A DNA stretch of 63,037 bases, the filler included, from Klebsormidium nitens (Eukaryota > Plantae > Klebsormidiophyceae), in assembly GCA_000708835.1 (NCBI GenBank). It is 7 parts of 7 records of this genome, joined end to end, with 100 filler letters (N's around TTAATTAATTAA, not from the genome) between each part and the next. Parts side by side here need not be neighbours in the genome. Positions count along the whole stretch, not along the records: positions 20,943 to 31,979 come from DF238138.1; positions 32,080 to 44,054 come from DF238153.1; 5 more parts are not named here. The stretch is one strand, 5' to 3'. Within the stretch, counting starts at the first letter, position 1. Each line of letters begins with the position of its first letter. A program made the position numbers and the translations under genes. Under the pieces are notes generated by a model. The model was not told the origin of the DNA. It worked only from the letters and a program-made list of their open reading frames with translations, and did not search any database. Positions 26,001 through 38,431 of the stretch are shown in pieces.

Positions 26001-29000
26001 TATGCTCCTCGTCGCCATACTGCTGGCACACCGGCCCAATCTAGATCTCAATCAGCACAGCTCATCTGACAGTTCACCAAACGTGCTGTGGCACTTCACC
26101 AAGAACCACACACTTGCAGCCACTTCCACAGATATGCAGCCAATTCCACAGGATCTGTTTTGAGGTATCCAGCTAATAATGACAGAAAGGAGAGCTCACA
26201 AAAAGATTCAAAGAATTGGATCAAGCAGGCATGCGCAAAATTGCTCACCGCAGCCCTGATGTTTACGTGAATCCTTCAGCCCTGAAGGGACAAGAAAGGC
26301 TTGACTGCGCCTTCCTTTCAAAGAGGAGGTTGCGAGCTACCAACTCGAGTGAGCATCAAAAGACTGGGTCCATCGAAAATAGAGATTTACAAAGCAAGCG
26401 GTAATCCAGTGCCTAACTCAAAATGGCAACGGGATACCTTCGTTACCATAACATCTCTCGCAGACAGCGACACCAAAGGAACAAACCTCTGCACCCAGGC
26501 CCAAAGCGCCTCAGATACAAGCTAAGTGACTCGTGAAACAGCCACAGCGTCTCGATTGGCTTCACACTATCTTCAGGGTTCATAGCAAGTGGAGGAAATG
26601 CACCACTGACGCCTTTGCGTGCTTTGAAGACACAGTCCTCAAAAAGAGCCAGCATAATCAATTGTCTGGTTCCGACAAGAGCCCCAGCACAACATAGAGC
26701 ACACTACTAGAGCAACTCATCCAGATAAAGGAGCCTTGCTTCTAAGGGAGCCAAGCAACAACAATTGCAATTGCCACGAGGAGATAGCATGCGATTGACG
26801 TTCTCCATAACCAAACAGGGACGACGGTGCTACTTTCTCGGCCATCTTTAGCAAGAGCGGTGTGAGCTTATCGAGCTCAATCACCCTTCATCATTGGCAG
26901 CAAACACAAGGGGCTGATGTCAAGCAAGAGCGAAACTTAGAGGACAAGGGAGCCTTCCTCACTGCCAAAAGATGTGCGAGAACATACGTAGTTGCATGAT
27001 GCAAAAACGGGCTTTTTTATCAAACTACTATTACAGCCACTTCCGCATTCTGATGCTCTTCAAAATCTCCCAGGACAAGATCATGTATGCTTCTAACGGT
27101 ACGAAGCAAACATGCCAAAAGTAAGCTCTTCATATATCAAACAATCCACAAGAAACGCTCGTAATTGCACCCAAATCTTTCAGAATCTACTCAAGCCAAG
27201 CCCTGCCAATCCTCACCTGCCACATGTCCTTTGGTTGCGCCAGGTAACCAAAAACAAGCAGGTTGCCCTCCTCATCAAAGCGCTTGCTGCGGATTCCATG
27301 GGACTCCCAGCCCTCGCGCCCCCGGCTCTGCTTCTCGAAGTACTGGCTCAGCTGCACCGCCTTGTCGAAGCCGTACGGATCGGCGGCGAACTGGACCACA
27401 ACACAGCCCTGCCGAAACGGAGAAGCAAATGACCAACATTGCAGTTAAAAATCCTGGAATATTATTCAATACATTTATATGTTTTTTATCTAATAAATCT
27501 TTATTCTTTCTAATTTCAACAATAAAGTGGTGCTGACAGAGTCAAGCTCTATCCACACAATTGCTGCAGCACGTGTGGACATCTGCGATGTCGCCAGAGA
27601 CCTTTCCAGCCTTATGTAGCGTTTCCTCAATTGACTGGTTTCCCCAAAACAATGAAACGGTTGGCCTCACCCTCCAAAAATCTTAGAAACAAAAGCTGTT
27701 GCGACTACCTACTGGTGCCAGCATGTTTGATGACGCAGACACACAGACAGCTAACAATAACAAAAGCAAAGCTCTAAGGGCAGTCCACAGCCAGTCAAAA
27801 AGAGCCATAGGCCAGGTTTCTCTTCTGCTCACCTTGTGACCATCTGGCCCATATGCGGGGCGCACCGCCATGGGGTTGAAGCTCTTGTACTGGTCACGAA
27901 TCTCGGTGGCGCCGAGGCCGTTCCAATGGCCGTCAGCATCCATCCTGACGCGCGTGTTCTGCAGGATGACCGCTGGAGGCCACACAATGATCTGGTCGTC
28001 GTCTTCCACAGGCGGGAGGAGGATGCCGAGCGGGCCTGGAGAAAAGAACGTGACGAAGATTGTGTCAGCAATTGCAAACTTGAATAGATCTACTCCTCAC
28101 CAGACATCAGCCGGCATCTCACCTATTTCAACTGTCAACGACATCAAATTGCGTAAAGCTGAACCTATCACAACGTTTCTTGTGCGAGATGGCATTGTGA
28201 TGACTAGATCAGCTGTATGCGGATAATTGCCTGCAATTGAAGCCAGGCATGTCATTCATCACAACCAAATGAACAGTGAGCTTGCCACAGAATGCTCCAA
28301 ACAGCAGGCGCAAACCTTTACAGAAGACACCTCTTCACAAGACTCGTGTTGGCTTGGTGCAGAAATGAACAAAGCAGTTCTGCAAGCACTTTTGGCATAC
28401 TTACATTCAGCATACTTACATAAGTCAATGGGATTCATGATAGCTGGTGGCGCAATCGAAGCTTGACCGGCTAGCGTAAGTAAGTCCAAACATCCCGTAA
28501 GACGTTATGCATCAACACTTAATACATGCGCTAGAAAGCTGAAACGATGCTGACGGAGTGAATGCTTTTTCAGACATGCAATAAAGCTGAAATGATGCTG
28601 ACAGAGTGGATGCTTCTTCCGCAGAGTGCGCAAGACACTGTCCAGCCTCAAACCTTCTGAATAAGCGCAGTAGGACCTCTATGCCTCAACAGACCTGTCA
28701 GACAAACAAAACCAGGCCAAAACCTCACCCATGGGGTCCCTGCTGAGAAGCTCGCGCAGGGCTCGGGCCAGGCCCCTGTGCTGGATGCGCCACTCGTTCT
28801 TCTTGGTCTCGGCGTGCTGGTGCAGCGCGTGCAGGCTGTTGAACCAGAACTTGGTGCGGTTCTTGCACACCAGGCACTTCCACTGGTCCTTGGCGCCGTC
28901 ACCTGTGCAAAGACTCGCTCAGCATTCAGCTCACTTGTACAAGGAACATGCCGACTGAAGGCTCTGATGCACAAGACAGCTCAAGGTCACCAGGATGCAA

Positions 29001-31326
29001 GAAGGCGTTCCAGAAGCGACATGATCCGAATCGAGATAGAGTGCGTACAAAATCTGCCTCGACTCAATTGAATCTAAACAAGCTTTGCAATGATCCAGAC
29101 CAATTTGCCAAATGCAGAGGAAACAATATAATGAAAAATGGGTCTGCAACATGGAAAGAGCGGGCCAAGGTAGATGAAAGGCAGACCGGAGCGCTCTAAT
29201 ACCATATGCAGAAGAAGACTGCGGACATGCTCTGAACAGACCGGAACGGGGGCACTAAAAACATACGCCATAACGAGTTCCTGACAAATTGAGACGCTAA
29301 TACGTCTGACAAAGGCAGCTTTCTGCTGTTCCAATGCACGCCAATGACAGGCATATAATGGCAGCACATGTGCCAAAAATCTCGCATAGATGATGCAGCC
29401 TCCACACGAACAACTTAATTGAAACATGCTATGTCGATGACATCAAAATGTTTGCACAAAAAGCAGCCCAATCAGGATTCAAAACCCAAGCATAGAAAAG
29501 CCAGTGCCACCAAAACCCGCCAGAGTGGCCACAGCAATGATTACCTTACATTGACAGCTCAACTTGATTGCCAATATGCAATATCCATACAAAGCTGCCC
29601 CAATCAGCATGTTGTACTTTCAGAAAGTGCTGATGCATACGCAATGGTAATGGCGGAACCAAAAACCCTGTCTGATTGATCGTTCGAAGGCACTAGAATG
29701 AACAATCTGACGACAAAAAACAAAGTGCTGCACAAGGTTGACAGCACACAAAAAGTGCTCCCCTAATCACAAAGAAAGCATACATCCACCAAAAAAACTT
29801 TGCTGTCCACAAGGTTGCTCACCTTTGCTGGCCTCCTGCAGCAGCTCAAGATACACTCTCCTGTATTTCTTGTATGCCTTCTCCTCCTTCTCCTTGGCCA
29901 ACCCCTCGAACCCTTCCAGCTCGTCATCGGACGCAATGTCCAGCTCATCGCTCTCACTGTCGCTGACCCCCATTGCAGAGCTCCCTGCCATGCTCGGATA
30001 ATCGGGGTCCCGAAACCCCTGGAGGGGCCCTGCATTGCCCCATGGCGGCACCCCCCGGTTGTAAAACTGGCTGCTCGCATCCTCATACCTGCTCGAATTC
30101 ACACTCGGTGCACCCCTTCCATCGCCAGGGTGTGGCCAGTTGCCCTCCGGAAGGTACGGCGCACCCCTGCTGCGATTCGCGGCAAAACTGCCCCCCTCAA
30201 AACCCCCTCGGCCACCAGGAGGACCGCCAGCCCAGCCACCTCCCCTGCCTCCAGGCAAACCATACCCAGGGCCTCGCTCAAATTGCATCATCTGGGACTC
30301 ATAACCTGGGTTGATGTGCTCCCTCCCTCCGCTGCCAACAGAGGAAGCAGAACCAGGTCGAGGGAATGCGCCGTAAGCTGCTTCCCTTAGATGCATCGGC
30401 ACATGGACCGGATCATCTGGTGGCACGTTGCCATACCCGTACGCGCGATTGCTGAACTCCGAGCCAGCGGTCCTGTAGCTCAACCTGTCAGATTCATACT
30501 CCTCGTACGCGCGCTTGTCATCGACCTTGAGCATAGTCTGCTTCTCAAAACCCCAGCCTCTGTTAGTAGGAATGGGACCCTTATAGACTGGGGCTGCGGG
30601 CGCGGAGCCTCTCTTCGTCCTGTTTCCAGGGGGCCTAAGTGCCATCCCGCCTCTTGCAACCGCAGCAACCCTTGATTTGCTCGTCCGAATTGACTCCTCG
30701 TCCCACGTGACTGAGGGAGGGCTCGGCTGGCGTGCCGTGGGGCTGATACTGTGCTGGCTGCCCCAACTGTTCTGAGGAAGAGTCGGGCTCTGCCATCCTG
30801 CGGAGCTCCCAACTCCGATGCTCACAGGCGGGAGATCCCAGCCTCTTCCGTGAGGGGTGTCTGGCGGGGTGTGAAGAGGCCCTGAGGCACGGTATTGTGC
30901 ATGCGGAGCGCGTGCCGGCACAAACTCCCTTGCATTAGGATCCTGCCACCCATGGCCCTTGGGTCTGTTACCAGGGGTTCCCAATGACGCTGCTGACAAG
31001 AGTTCCCTTGCACTCCCGCCCCCATCAGCCCAGTGAGCCTCCCCTCCCCTCCCCTGCAACTCCCAACCATTTGGTTGAGGGCTAACTCGACCAGAAACCC
31101 TCTGGCTGACCGCCTCCTGAGCACTTCCGGCGTCCCATCCCCTGTTGGCTGGCACATGAAGGGCGTTCCCACTATCCCAATTAAGGGTGGGAGAGACAGT
31201 CCCAGAACCCCCTTGCTGGGGCAGAGAACTGTTACTCCATCGCGGAGCTTCCTGTCCAGGGGCATCAGACCACTGCCACCCAGCACCTCTGGCTCCAGGA
31301 GGCAGGTCCCAACCGTTTCCGGCCAT
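23085..31326 (-). CDS. SGS3: SGS3-like RNA silencing protein (long GW/RGG-rich N-terminus, zf-XS, XS domain, coiled coil, low-complexity tail), 7 exons
   Basis: Exons (minus) 29823-31326, 28729-28902, 27833-28035, 27217-27408, 25327-25617, 24635-24810, 23085-24159, phases consistent. zf-XS QWKCLVCKN...LHALHQHAETK...QHRGLA; XS IIVWPPAVILQNT...W.GLG..E...RPAYGPDGHK|GCVVVQF...RG.EGW...VFGYLA..KD; followed by E/K/Q/R coiled coil. Confidence 0.88.
28535..28618 (+). repeat. Intronic tandem duplication, two 36-nt units at period 48
   Basis: aaagctgaaacgatgctgacggagtgaatgcttttt vs aaagctgaaatgatgctgacagagtggatgcttctt (4 mismatches), in SGS3 intron 2. Confidence 0.75.
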
Positions 31327-32079
31327 GAGAAAGCCTGTGACGGTGCGCTTCCTCCAGTTACACAAGGGATTCTTGAAATGCAGACTGGCAACTCAACTGC
31401 ATTTGGAGAAACATGGAACCGAACGAGCTTCTCCTCCAACAACACCTACTCAAAGTGGAATGACTTTACACAGCTCGCCACGCTCTTCACCTACATGATT
31501 AACATAGAGAACATGATGCAGCCTACAGCCACCTTGACCAAACCCCTCGCCCCGTCCTCCCCTGCTATCCAGCTGCCTAGCTTCTGTCCTTGCTGTTGAG
31601 AAGGCTAGGACCGCAGTGCTGCTGAGTGCTGCTGCAACTTTGCTCCAAGTCTTCTCCTGGGGCTGGAGTAGGCTTAAAAGCGACAAGAGCTTACACAACA
31701 ATCTGTTCTTAGAAGCCTTATCTAGATGGAGGTGCCTCCAGTGTCAAGATTCGTCGCTGGGGAAACGGTCAGTTCCTACTCTAGTGGCAGTGCATGCCAC
31801 AATGGCATATGGTTTACGCCAGATATTGTAGGATGACGAATGTCAACCGTCAGATGGAAAGTTGTCGAGCGATCCGACGTTTTGTTAGCCAACGCAAAGG
31901 CTTATCGACGGCTCTAAAGTTCCTTAAACAAAATGGACGGTTCACAACAAAGGTACCAAGATCCAGCTCAGTGATGGGTNNNNNNNNNNNNNNNNNNNNN
32001 NNNNNNNNNNNNNNNNNNNNNNNTTAATTAATTAANNNNNNNNNNNNNNNNNNNNNNNNNNNNNNNNNNNNNNNNNNNN

Positions 32080-32122
32080 GGGAGAGGGTGAACCCTTATC
32101 AGCTAAGGGTTCACCCTCTCCC
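32080..32122. repeat. Perfect hairpin, 19-bp stem with 5-nt loop
   Basis: gggagagggtgaaccctta (32080-32098) tcagc taagggttcaccctctccc (32104-32122); begins at the gap edge. Confidence 0.9.
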
Positions 32123-33049
32123 TCATCCCTGGGGTCTCCTATACCCCCCTTTCATCGCCTTCATCACCCCCATTTTCCCCACCGAAGATGAGGAGGATGA
32201 GGATGAGGATGAGGGTGAGGAATGGATGGTGCATTTGAATTTCCAACACTTCGAGAAATGCCGATCTAGCTATGCCGCGCACGTCTTCCTCCTTACGTTC
32301 TTCGGGCTCTTCAATGAACGTGAGAATATTGAACGGAAACACAAGCAGTCCGGCCTGGAGGGGTAGACATGTAGGCCCCATTAGGCCGGCAGGTTTTGAG
32401 GTGTGTCAAGTCTTCGGTGGCGACCGACTACAAGCAATTCCAGGTACTACCGAATCGAGTCTTATCGCCGGCTTGCGCGCCGTACAAAAATGGAGTCGTA
32501 CGGTCGATTTTGATGACGTCATAGATCAGTCTTGGCGCCTTCTAAGTTGTATAGGATGATTCAGCGACGCGGCACTGCAGAATTTGCAGCACGGACGATG
32601 GCCAGTCTTGACAGTCGCAAAGAAGACTCAAAGATCGCTCAATATTGTAGGGAGCCTATCCTTGCTTGCTTGTTTATGCATCTTTTCACGTGCTGTAAAA
32701 TGCTACTAGCATCCATTCTTTAAACGTGTTCTGATGTTAGCAACAATCGTTGCAAATTTCCATAAAGAATTGCGCAATCGGCCGGGTTACTTTACTAAGT
32801 TTGCGGCCACCCTTATATAGAAGCTGCTGTATTGAGCCTCTCGATCCAAAAAGTTGTTTGGCATTGCAGGCTTTTTGAGCTCCCAGTGTCGGCCGGCCGA
32901 CCGAAGTGAAAATTCGGGCCGTAGCATTGATCATCGCGAACGGTGCAGTGTTCAAATCTCGACACTAGCAATTTTACCAGGGACCGGTTGTGAACCTGAA
33001 CTTTGATGAGGAAAATGAAGCTTTTCATCATGTGAAGGATGAAATGATG

Positions 33050-33400
33050 AATATCTGAATATGAAAATGAAGGCTAAAGTTGTTAAATCTACAACCACAT
33101 TGGTACTTCGTGCGTATGGCATGACCAACATGGTCGAAGCAATTTGCAGACGCTCAATTCTGATGTGTACCCTCACCTTACCCTCAGCACGACGAATTTC
33201 ACCAGACGAAGTCTTGTAGGTCATTTTGGTAGGCTTGATCTTAAGCCATACCAGAATTGTCAACGGTTTCTTGGGACATCCCAGAAAAGTGCTCTCCCGC
33301 CGGTTGCTGCTCTGCCTTCTGGTTCGTAGGGAGTAGCACCGGAATCGAGCTGGATCTTCATGCGAACACCTTCAATGTCGGCATAGATTTGAGTCCGAAG
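33050..33400 (-). mobile_element. Degenerate retrotransposon aspartic protease (retropepsin) fragment, frameshifted
   Basis: ADIEGVRMKIQLDSGAT (D-S-G active-site motif at 33332-33349), followed in another frame by KIKPTKMTYKTSSGEIRRAEGKVRVHIRI, a flap/beta-hairpin-like pattern of retropepsins; lies between assembly gaps. Confidence 0.55.
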
Positions 33401-36400
33401 AGGAAGAGGCGGAGCATCATGCCGCTCGATCCTTGCTTGAAGTACCAGACTCGGACTCGACCTCAGAGTGTAGATAACAAGAGTCAGACAGCTGGGGAAT
33501 GTTGTCAGACGGAGAGGAAACGTCAACCGCAACAGCGAAGCAATTGGCGGCATTGCCTTTTCTACCCAAGGCGGACGAACAACTTTCTTTTGCTCCCGAT
33601 CATGAGACAAAAGCTTGTCAATGTAATGATGCATATCAGTCCGGAGGTGCTTAANNNNNNNNNNNNNNNNNNNNNNNNNNNNNNNNNNNNNNNNNNNNNN
33701 NNNNNNNNNNNNNNNNNNNNNNNNNNNNNNNNNNNNNNNNNNNNNNNNNNNNNNNNNNNNNNNNNNNNNNNNNNNNNNNNNNNNNNNNNNNNNNNNNNNN
33801 NNNNNNNNNNNNNNNNNNNNNNNNNNNNNNNNNNNNNNNNNNNNNNNNNNNNNNNNNNNNNNNNNNNNNNNNNNNNNNNNNNNNNNNNNNNNNNNNNNNN
33901 NNNNNNNNNNNNNNNNNNNNNNNNNNNNNNNNNNNNNNNNNNNNNNNNNNNNNNNNNNNNNNNNNNNNNNNNNNNNNNNNNNNNNNNNNNNNNNNNNNNN
34001 NNNNNNNNNNNNNNNNNNNNNNNNNNNNNNNNNNNNNNNNNNNNNNNNNNNNNNNNNNNNNNNNNNNNNNNNNNNNNNNNNNNNNNNNNNNNNNNNNNNN
34101 NNNNNNNNNNNNNNNNNNNNNNNNNNNNNNNNNNNNNNNNNNNNNNNNNNNNNNNNNNNNNNTTAAGATTCCGGACGATATGCAGCAATATCTTCATATC
34201 TTGTTGAACACCCTTGAGAAGAGAACGGGTGATACCAAGATGTTTGACAGGCTCACGTTTCCGAGGAAGCTTATCTGCATCACGCTTTTGAGCTTCAGAA
34301 GCCCCGAGAGCCTCAGCATCACGCCTTGACTCTGGCTCACGCCTTTTTTTTCCAGCGAAGATTTCCTGATCCGAATCCAAAACCTATGTATCTAAACTCT
34401 CATAACCAGAAGACTCGAAAGAAGCATTAGACTCATCCCACTGCCTGCGAACAACTCTACATGACGACAATCATCATCAGATGCAACGGAATCGACCTCA
34501 TTGGCCTCAAGAAAGCGAGAAGAATTTACGTACGGGACCGCTACTACCATGTTACCCGCGTTACATAGCCACAGGAGACTCGGCGTTAAATAGGGGAGAT
34601 ACTCTCGACCAGATGCATTTGTTAACGACTGCCGCACAATGGCGGCATTCTGTTATGTGTGAGTATTTCAAGTTTGCCAGATATTCCCCTTCACTGTACA
34701 AGATATTCCGTGCTATCGTCAAGTACGTGGCGGTAAATTGCTTGGCTCCTTACGTACATTAGTATTGTGATCTAACGTTGCGAGGCATCATATAGCGTCC
34801 CCCAAAGTGCGTCAACATCCACGTGATTATACTTTCCATTCATTCAAGTAAAGAGGTAACCCAATATGCATGGGACCCTCACAAGTCAGGAGTTAGTGAC
34901 GTTACCGATTGCTGTCAATCATAGTCTTCGTTTGATTTGATTTTGATTCTTCAAGTTCGTGAATATTTAGGGTTTTTGACGAATTCTTGCCCTAACTTAA
35001 GCTAACCAAAAGGTGAGCGCTCTGGGCAGGCCCGATCTTGGCGAACCCCAACAAGAACCTAATTGGTGGAGTAGGGGTTGAATTGATGAAGTTGCACAAC
35101 GTCCTTGGCAAAGACCTGTCTATTTCGAAAAGCATAATGCAGGAATTTGGGCTGCCAGGACGGAAATCGCGCCCTCTAGCTGACACGCGCAGGGCCCATG
35201 AATCCTGCGGGATTCATGGGGCCCCAAGTGTATGCGGATTGAACCCGTGACCGTGCCATCGCCGCCTTCAGATCTGCCGTGCACCCGATCATTGGCCGGC
35301 CTCGACTTTTAGATCTTTCTTATAACTTTCAATTGTGTACGTTCTCAGCTGGCATACCAACTTTGACGACTGTTGATGACGTGTCCGCATAGATACCATC
35401 AACGGTGGAGACGTCAACTGAGATATTCACTTGGTAAAACGGGCCATTCTCTTTGCTCATCACATACGTGCATTGACAATGGCAAAACAAAATCCATGGA
35501 GCTACTAGGGTTGCAGCTGTCGTTCGTACCGACGACGCCAAAGTTACAGAACTCGCAGGCAATGGATGAGGATCGAAACATGAGATACGCTCATCATTTG
35601 TCGTTCATCGCCTGATGAGGTCGGAACTTTCAGCTTCGTACGTGCAGGCAAAGATTAGACTGCCTCCTACTTAAAAGATTGTTCTCAAAAATTCAAGCAA
35701 CTCAAAGTAAGCGCACTTGGAGCCATTCTTTCGAGTCCGAAATCCGAGTGAGAATCTGGTAATAATATGCGCTTGTACTCAATTCTTTCCAAGAAAACAA
35801 AAATAATCTGGTGAACTGTTTCGGAACCCGGATACCGCATACTTCAAGTGCATGTTTGAAGATTTCAAGTGCGTAAGGTAAGAGTACTGGCGGAGTTCCT
35901 TGTGGTGTTTCGAACTTCGTGTCAATCTTTGGAGAGTGGTCATGGGTAACTTTAAACAACGAGGCTTGCTATACTCGGTTGAGGATTCGGAACCATAGGG
36001 TTCTATGATAGCACGGAGCTTCGGAGGGCTGTGTTATTTTCAAAAGAAAAACCACTGATACATTGGAACCACTCATTGAAATCACTAATGAATCTTGCTC
36101 CCATACGGCTTAGAGCTATACTAGCTAACAACTGATTGTGAGCGTGCTTCGACATAGCGCCACAGACAAGTCGTTATCTACTTAGCAATTAATGCATTAC
36201 CCTGTGATTGGTTCGCCTGCTGCATGTTATAGCGTATGGCTTAGTGGTACCTCCACATTTAGGCGCCAGTTGTATGCAGATCCTAACATGTTTTTTAAAT
36301 TCCAAAGGTGTTCCAATCATTGAGTAGATCAGCAGGAGGGGGGAGTTCTTTCTTAAATAAGAATCGAATCACGATTGTCAAGAACAAGGCGTCCTGATCG

Positions 36401-36686
36401 ATGATGAAACTTCGACAGAAGATGCGCGCAACTTGTCAGGCTAAGAAAGGCTGGATGCATATGGTGGGCTTTTATAGCGATCCAAGTCTCAGACAGCAGC
36501 AATCAAGAAAGCGTTTGAAAAGGTGCTTTGAAGCCGCATGTGCAAGTGCTTTCGGAAATAAGTGCGAGGTGAATCGTGCGAATGTGTTTGTAAATCGTGT
36601 GCTCATTTGGGAAAGCCAAAGACTATATGAAATACCCTATAGTGAAACAAGGGCGAAAATCCCTCTGCTGCCTAACCACTACAGAG

Positions 36687-38177
36687 TCAAGCTCTTGTAA
36701 ACCACAGCCATGATGTGTCTTCAACATAAGAGATATTCTGATCTCGAGTGCTAAAGAGAGAGCGCGTGTGAGCCAGGAAGCCGCACTCATCTTTGACCCA
36801 CATAACACCATTCTCCTGCAACACCCCATCCTTGTAAACAAAACCATAGTGGCACCTGAAATGCTGGACCCTCTCTGGAAGAATCAAAGCTTTCGGCGGC
36901 CACTTTGTCTCCCAATCAATTCTAGTATAAGAGCGAAAAGGGTCCTTTCCCTCAGTTGTCCAGATTTTCAGTTCATCATCTCCTGTCTCGCTACACTCTT
37001 CTCCTACACATAATATATTATGACGGTGCAGAAGAATCTGCTCAGACCAGTTTGCGCATTCATAGAATCTGGTTATATTCCCCGGTCGTGGCAAGACAAG
37101 GAACTCATCAAGATCAACTATAAGGATACGTATATTTTCTCCCCACCTGTCCAGAAGAGCATGATTGTACAAAAACACTTGCTCGTAGTATCTCAACCTT
37201 GGCTGAGGTGAGTATCTTGCAAGTGCGTCCCACACAATAATCCGCAGTTTGCCTTGAAGAACCAGCTCTGTGATATCCCGGTCTTTGAGCAACTCACACG
37301 CATAATGGTGCTGAACATATATGCTCCCGCCCAGGACGCCCATCCTCAAATGATGCCTAATGCTCTGCACGACCAGCTTAGCGGACAGCAAAAAATCGCC
37401 TTGTGGTGGAAAGAACAGAAACCCCTTCCAAACCAGCCAGGTCGCCGTTGTCCTCTCCTCAAACTGCCTCAGCAGCAAGGGTCTTGTTAGAACACTTCTA
37501 AACACATGGAAACGAGGCCAGTCATCAATATGGATCTCAGGGACCTGCTCTGTCACCTCCAGAGGCAACTCAAGCCAGAAATAGAAGGGGAGCCGCTCCC
37601 TGTCAGGCCCGTATTGAACCTTGTAAGGCATGTACACAGTCTCTGGAGATGTGCGATGGCGACAGCGGATCTCAATGTGGGGTTCCCACGTCCTGGCCAA
37701 AGGGGGTTGCATCAGATGCGTGTTGAGAATCTCGAATGGCCCTGTTGTTTCTGCATAGACCCATCCGTGGCAGATGATGGACGTTGCAGCAAGTCCACCC
37801 CCTGTCAGCATGCACTTAACAAAGACGTGCAACATTACACTGGCAACCTCGCTGGAGTTGGCAGAGGCAATCTGACCTGGGAACAGATAGTGCTCCACCG
37901 AAGTGTCTGAATCAGCAAGCAGATAATATGCCCCTGGCTTGCTACTGCTACCGGGCTGCTGGGGGCAGGCACGGCCTACTTGGAGTACGGTACTGCCCCC
38001 TTCCAAACAAGCTTGACTATAGACGATGCTGGAGTCCCCCCTATCTACCAGAGAACATGGGGCGAAGGATACCATGGTGAAAGTGAATGAGCAGAGGGAA
38101 GCAACCACGCATACCCCGAGGATCCAAACAGCACCTAACAACCAGGATCGCTTTCCCCGAAGCGCTTGTATGTCCAT
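36687..38177 (-). CDS. Intronless type II membrane GT-A glycosyltransferase, GT92/DUF23-like, 496 aa
   Basis: Single uninterrupted ORF from ATG 38177; N-terminal TM (WLLGAVWILGVCVVASLCSFTF); QVFLYNHALL...RILIVDLDEFLVLP (DxD motif) and KALILPERVQHFRCH match the GT92-type pattern from memory. Confidence 0.7.
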   Translation of the reverse strand: MDIQALRGKRSWLLGAVWILGVCVVASLCSFTFTMVSFAPCSLVDRGDSSIVYSQACLEGGSTVLQVGRACPQQPGSSSKPGAYYLLADSDTSVEHYLFPGQIASANSSEVASVMLHVFVKCMLTGGGLAATSIICHGWVYAETTGPFEILNTHLMQPPLARTWEPHIEIRCRHRTSPETVYMPYKVQYGPDRERLPFYFWLELPLEVTEQVPEIHIDDWPRFHVFRSVLTRPLLLRQFEERTTATWLVWKGFLFFPPQGDFLLSAKLVVQSIRHHLRMGVLGGSIYVQHHYACELLKDRDITELVLQGKLRIIVWDALARYSPQPRLRYYEQVFLYNHALLDRWGENIRILIVDLDEFLVLPRPGNITRFYECANWSEQILLHRHNILCVGEECSETGDDELKIWTTEGKDPFRSYTRIDWETKWPPKALILPERVQHFRCHYGFVYKDGVLQENGVMWVKDECGFLAHTRSLFSTRDQNISYVEDTSWLWFTRA

Positions 38178-38431
38178 GATTGGCAAGCCTGACCCCAACG
38201 TATAAAAGCATCAGAGTGATCAGTGGAGCCGTGCAGTTTTTCAAAAGCTCACGTTCCTCTTTTAGTATTACGCATCTAGCGTTTGCATGAACTACTGTAG
38301 GTAGTACTAGAAGCGAGGAGGCACAGCCACACACGAGCCCGGTATAAACGGGTCGGCAAAGCCAACAGTCCGGAAATATGAGTCGAGCCTGGGTCTCTAC
38401 TCTCGAGGATCCACGGGGGTATCCTCCTACC

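Noticed and set aside
34163-35700. Possible gag region upstream of the retropepsin fragment
   Set aside because: Only short charged fragments; no convincing CCHC knuckle or gag motif.
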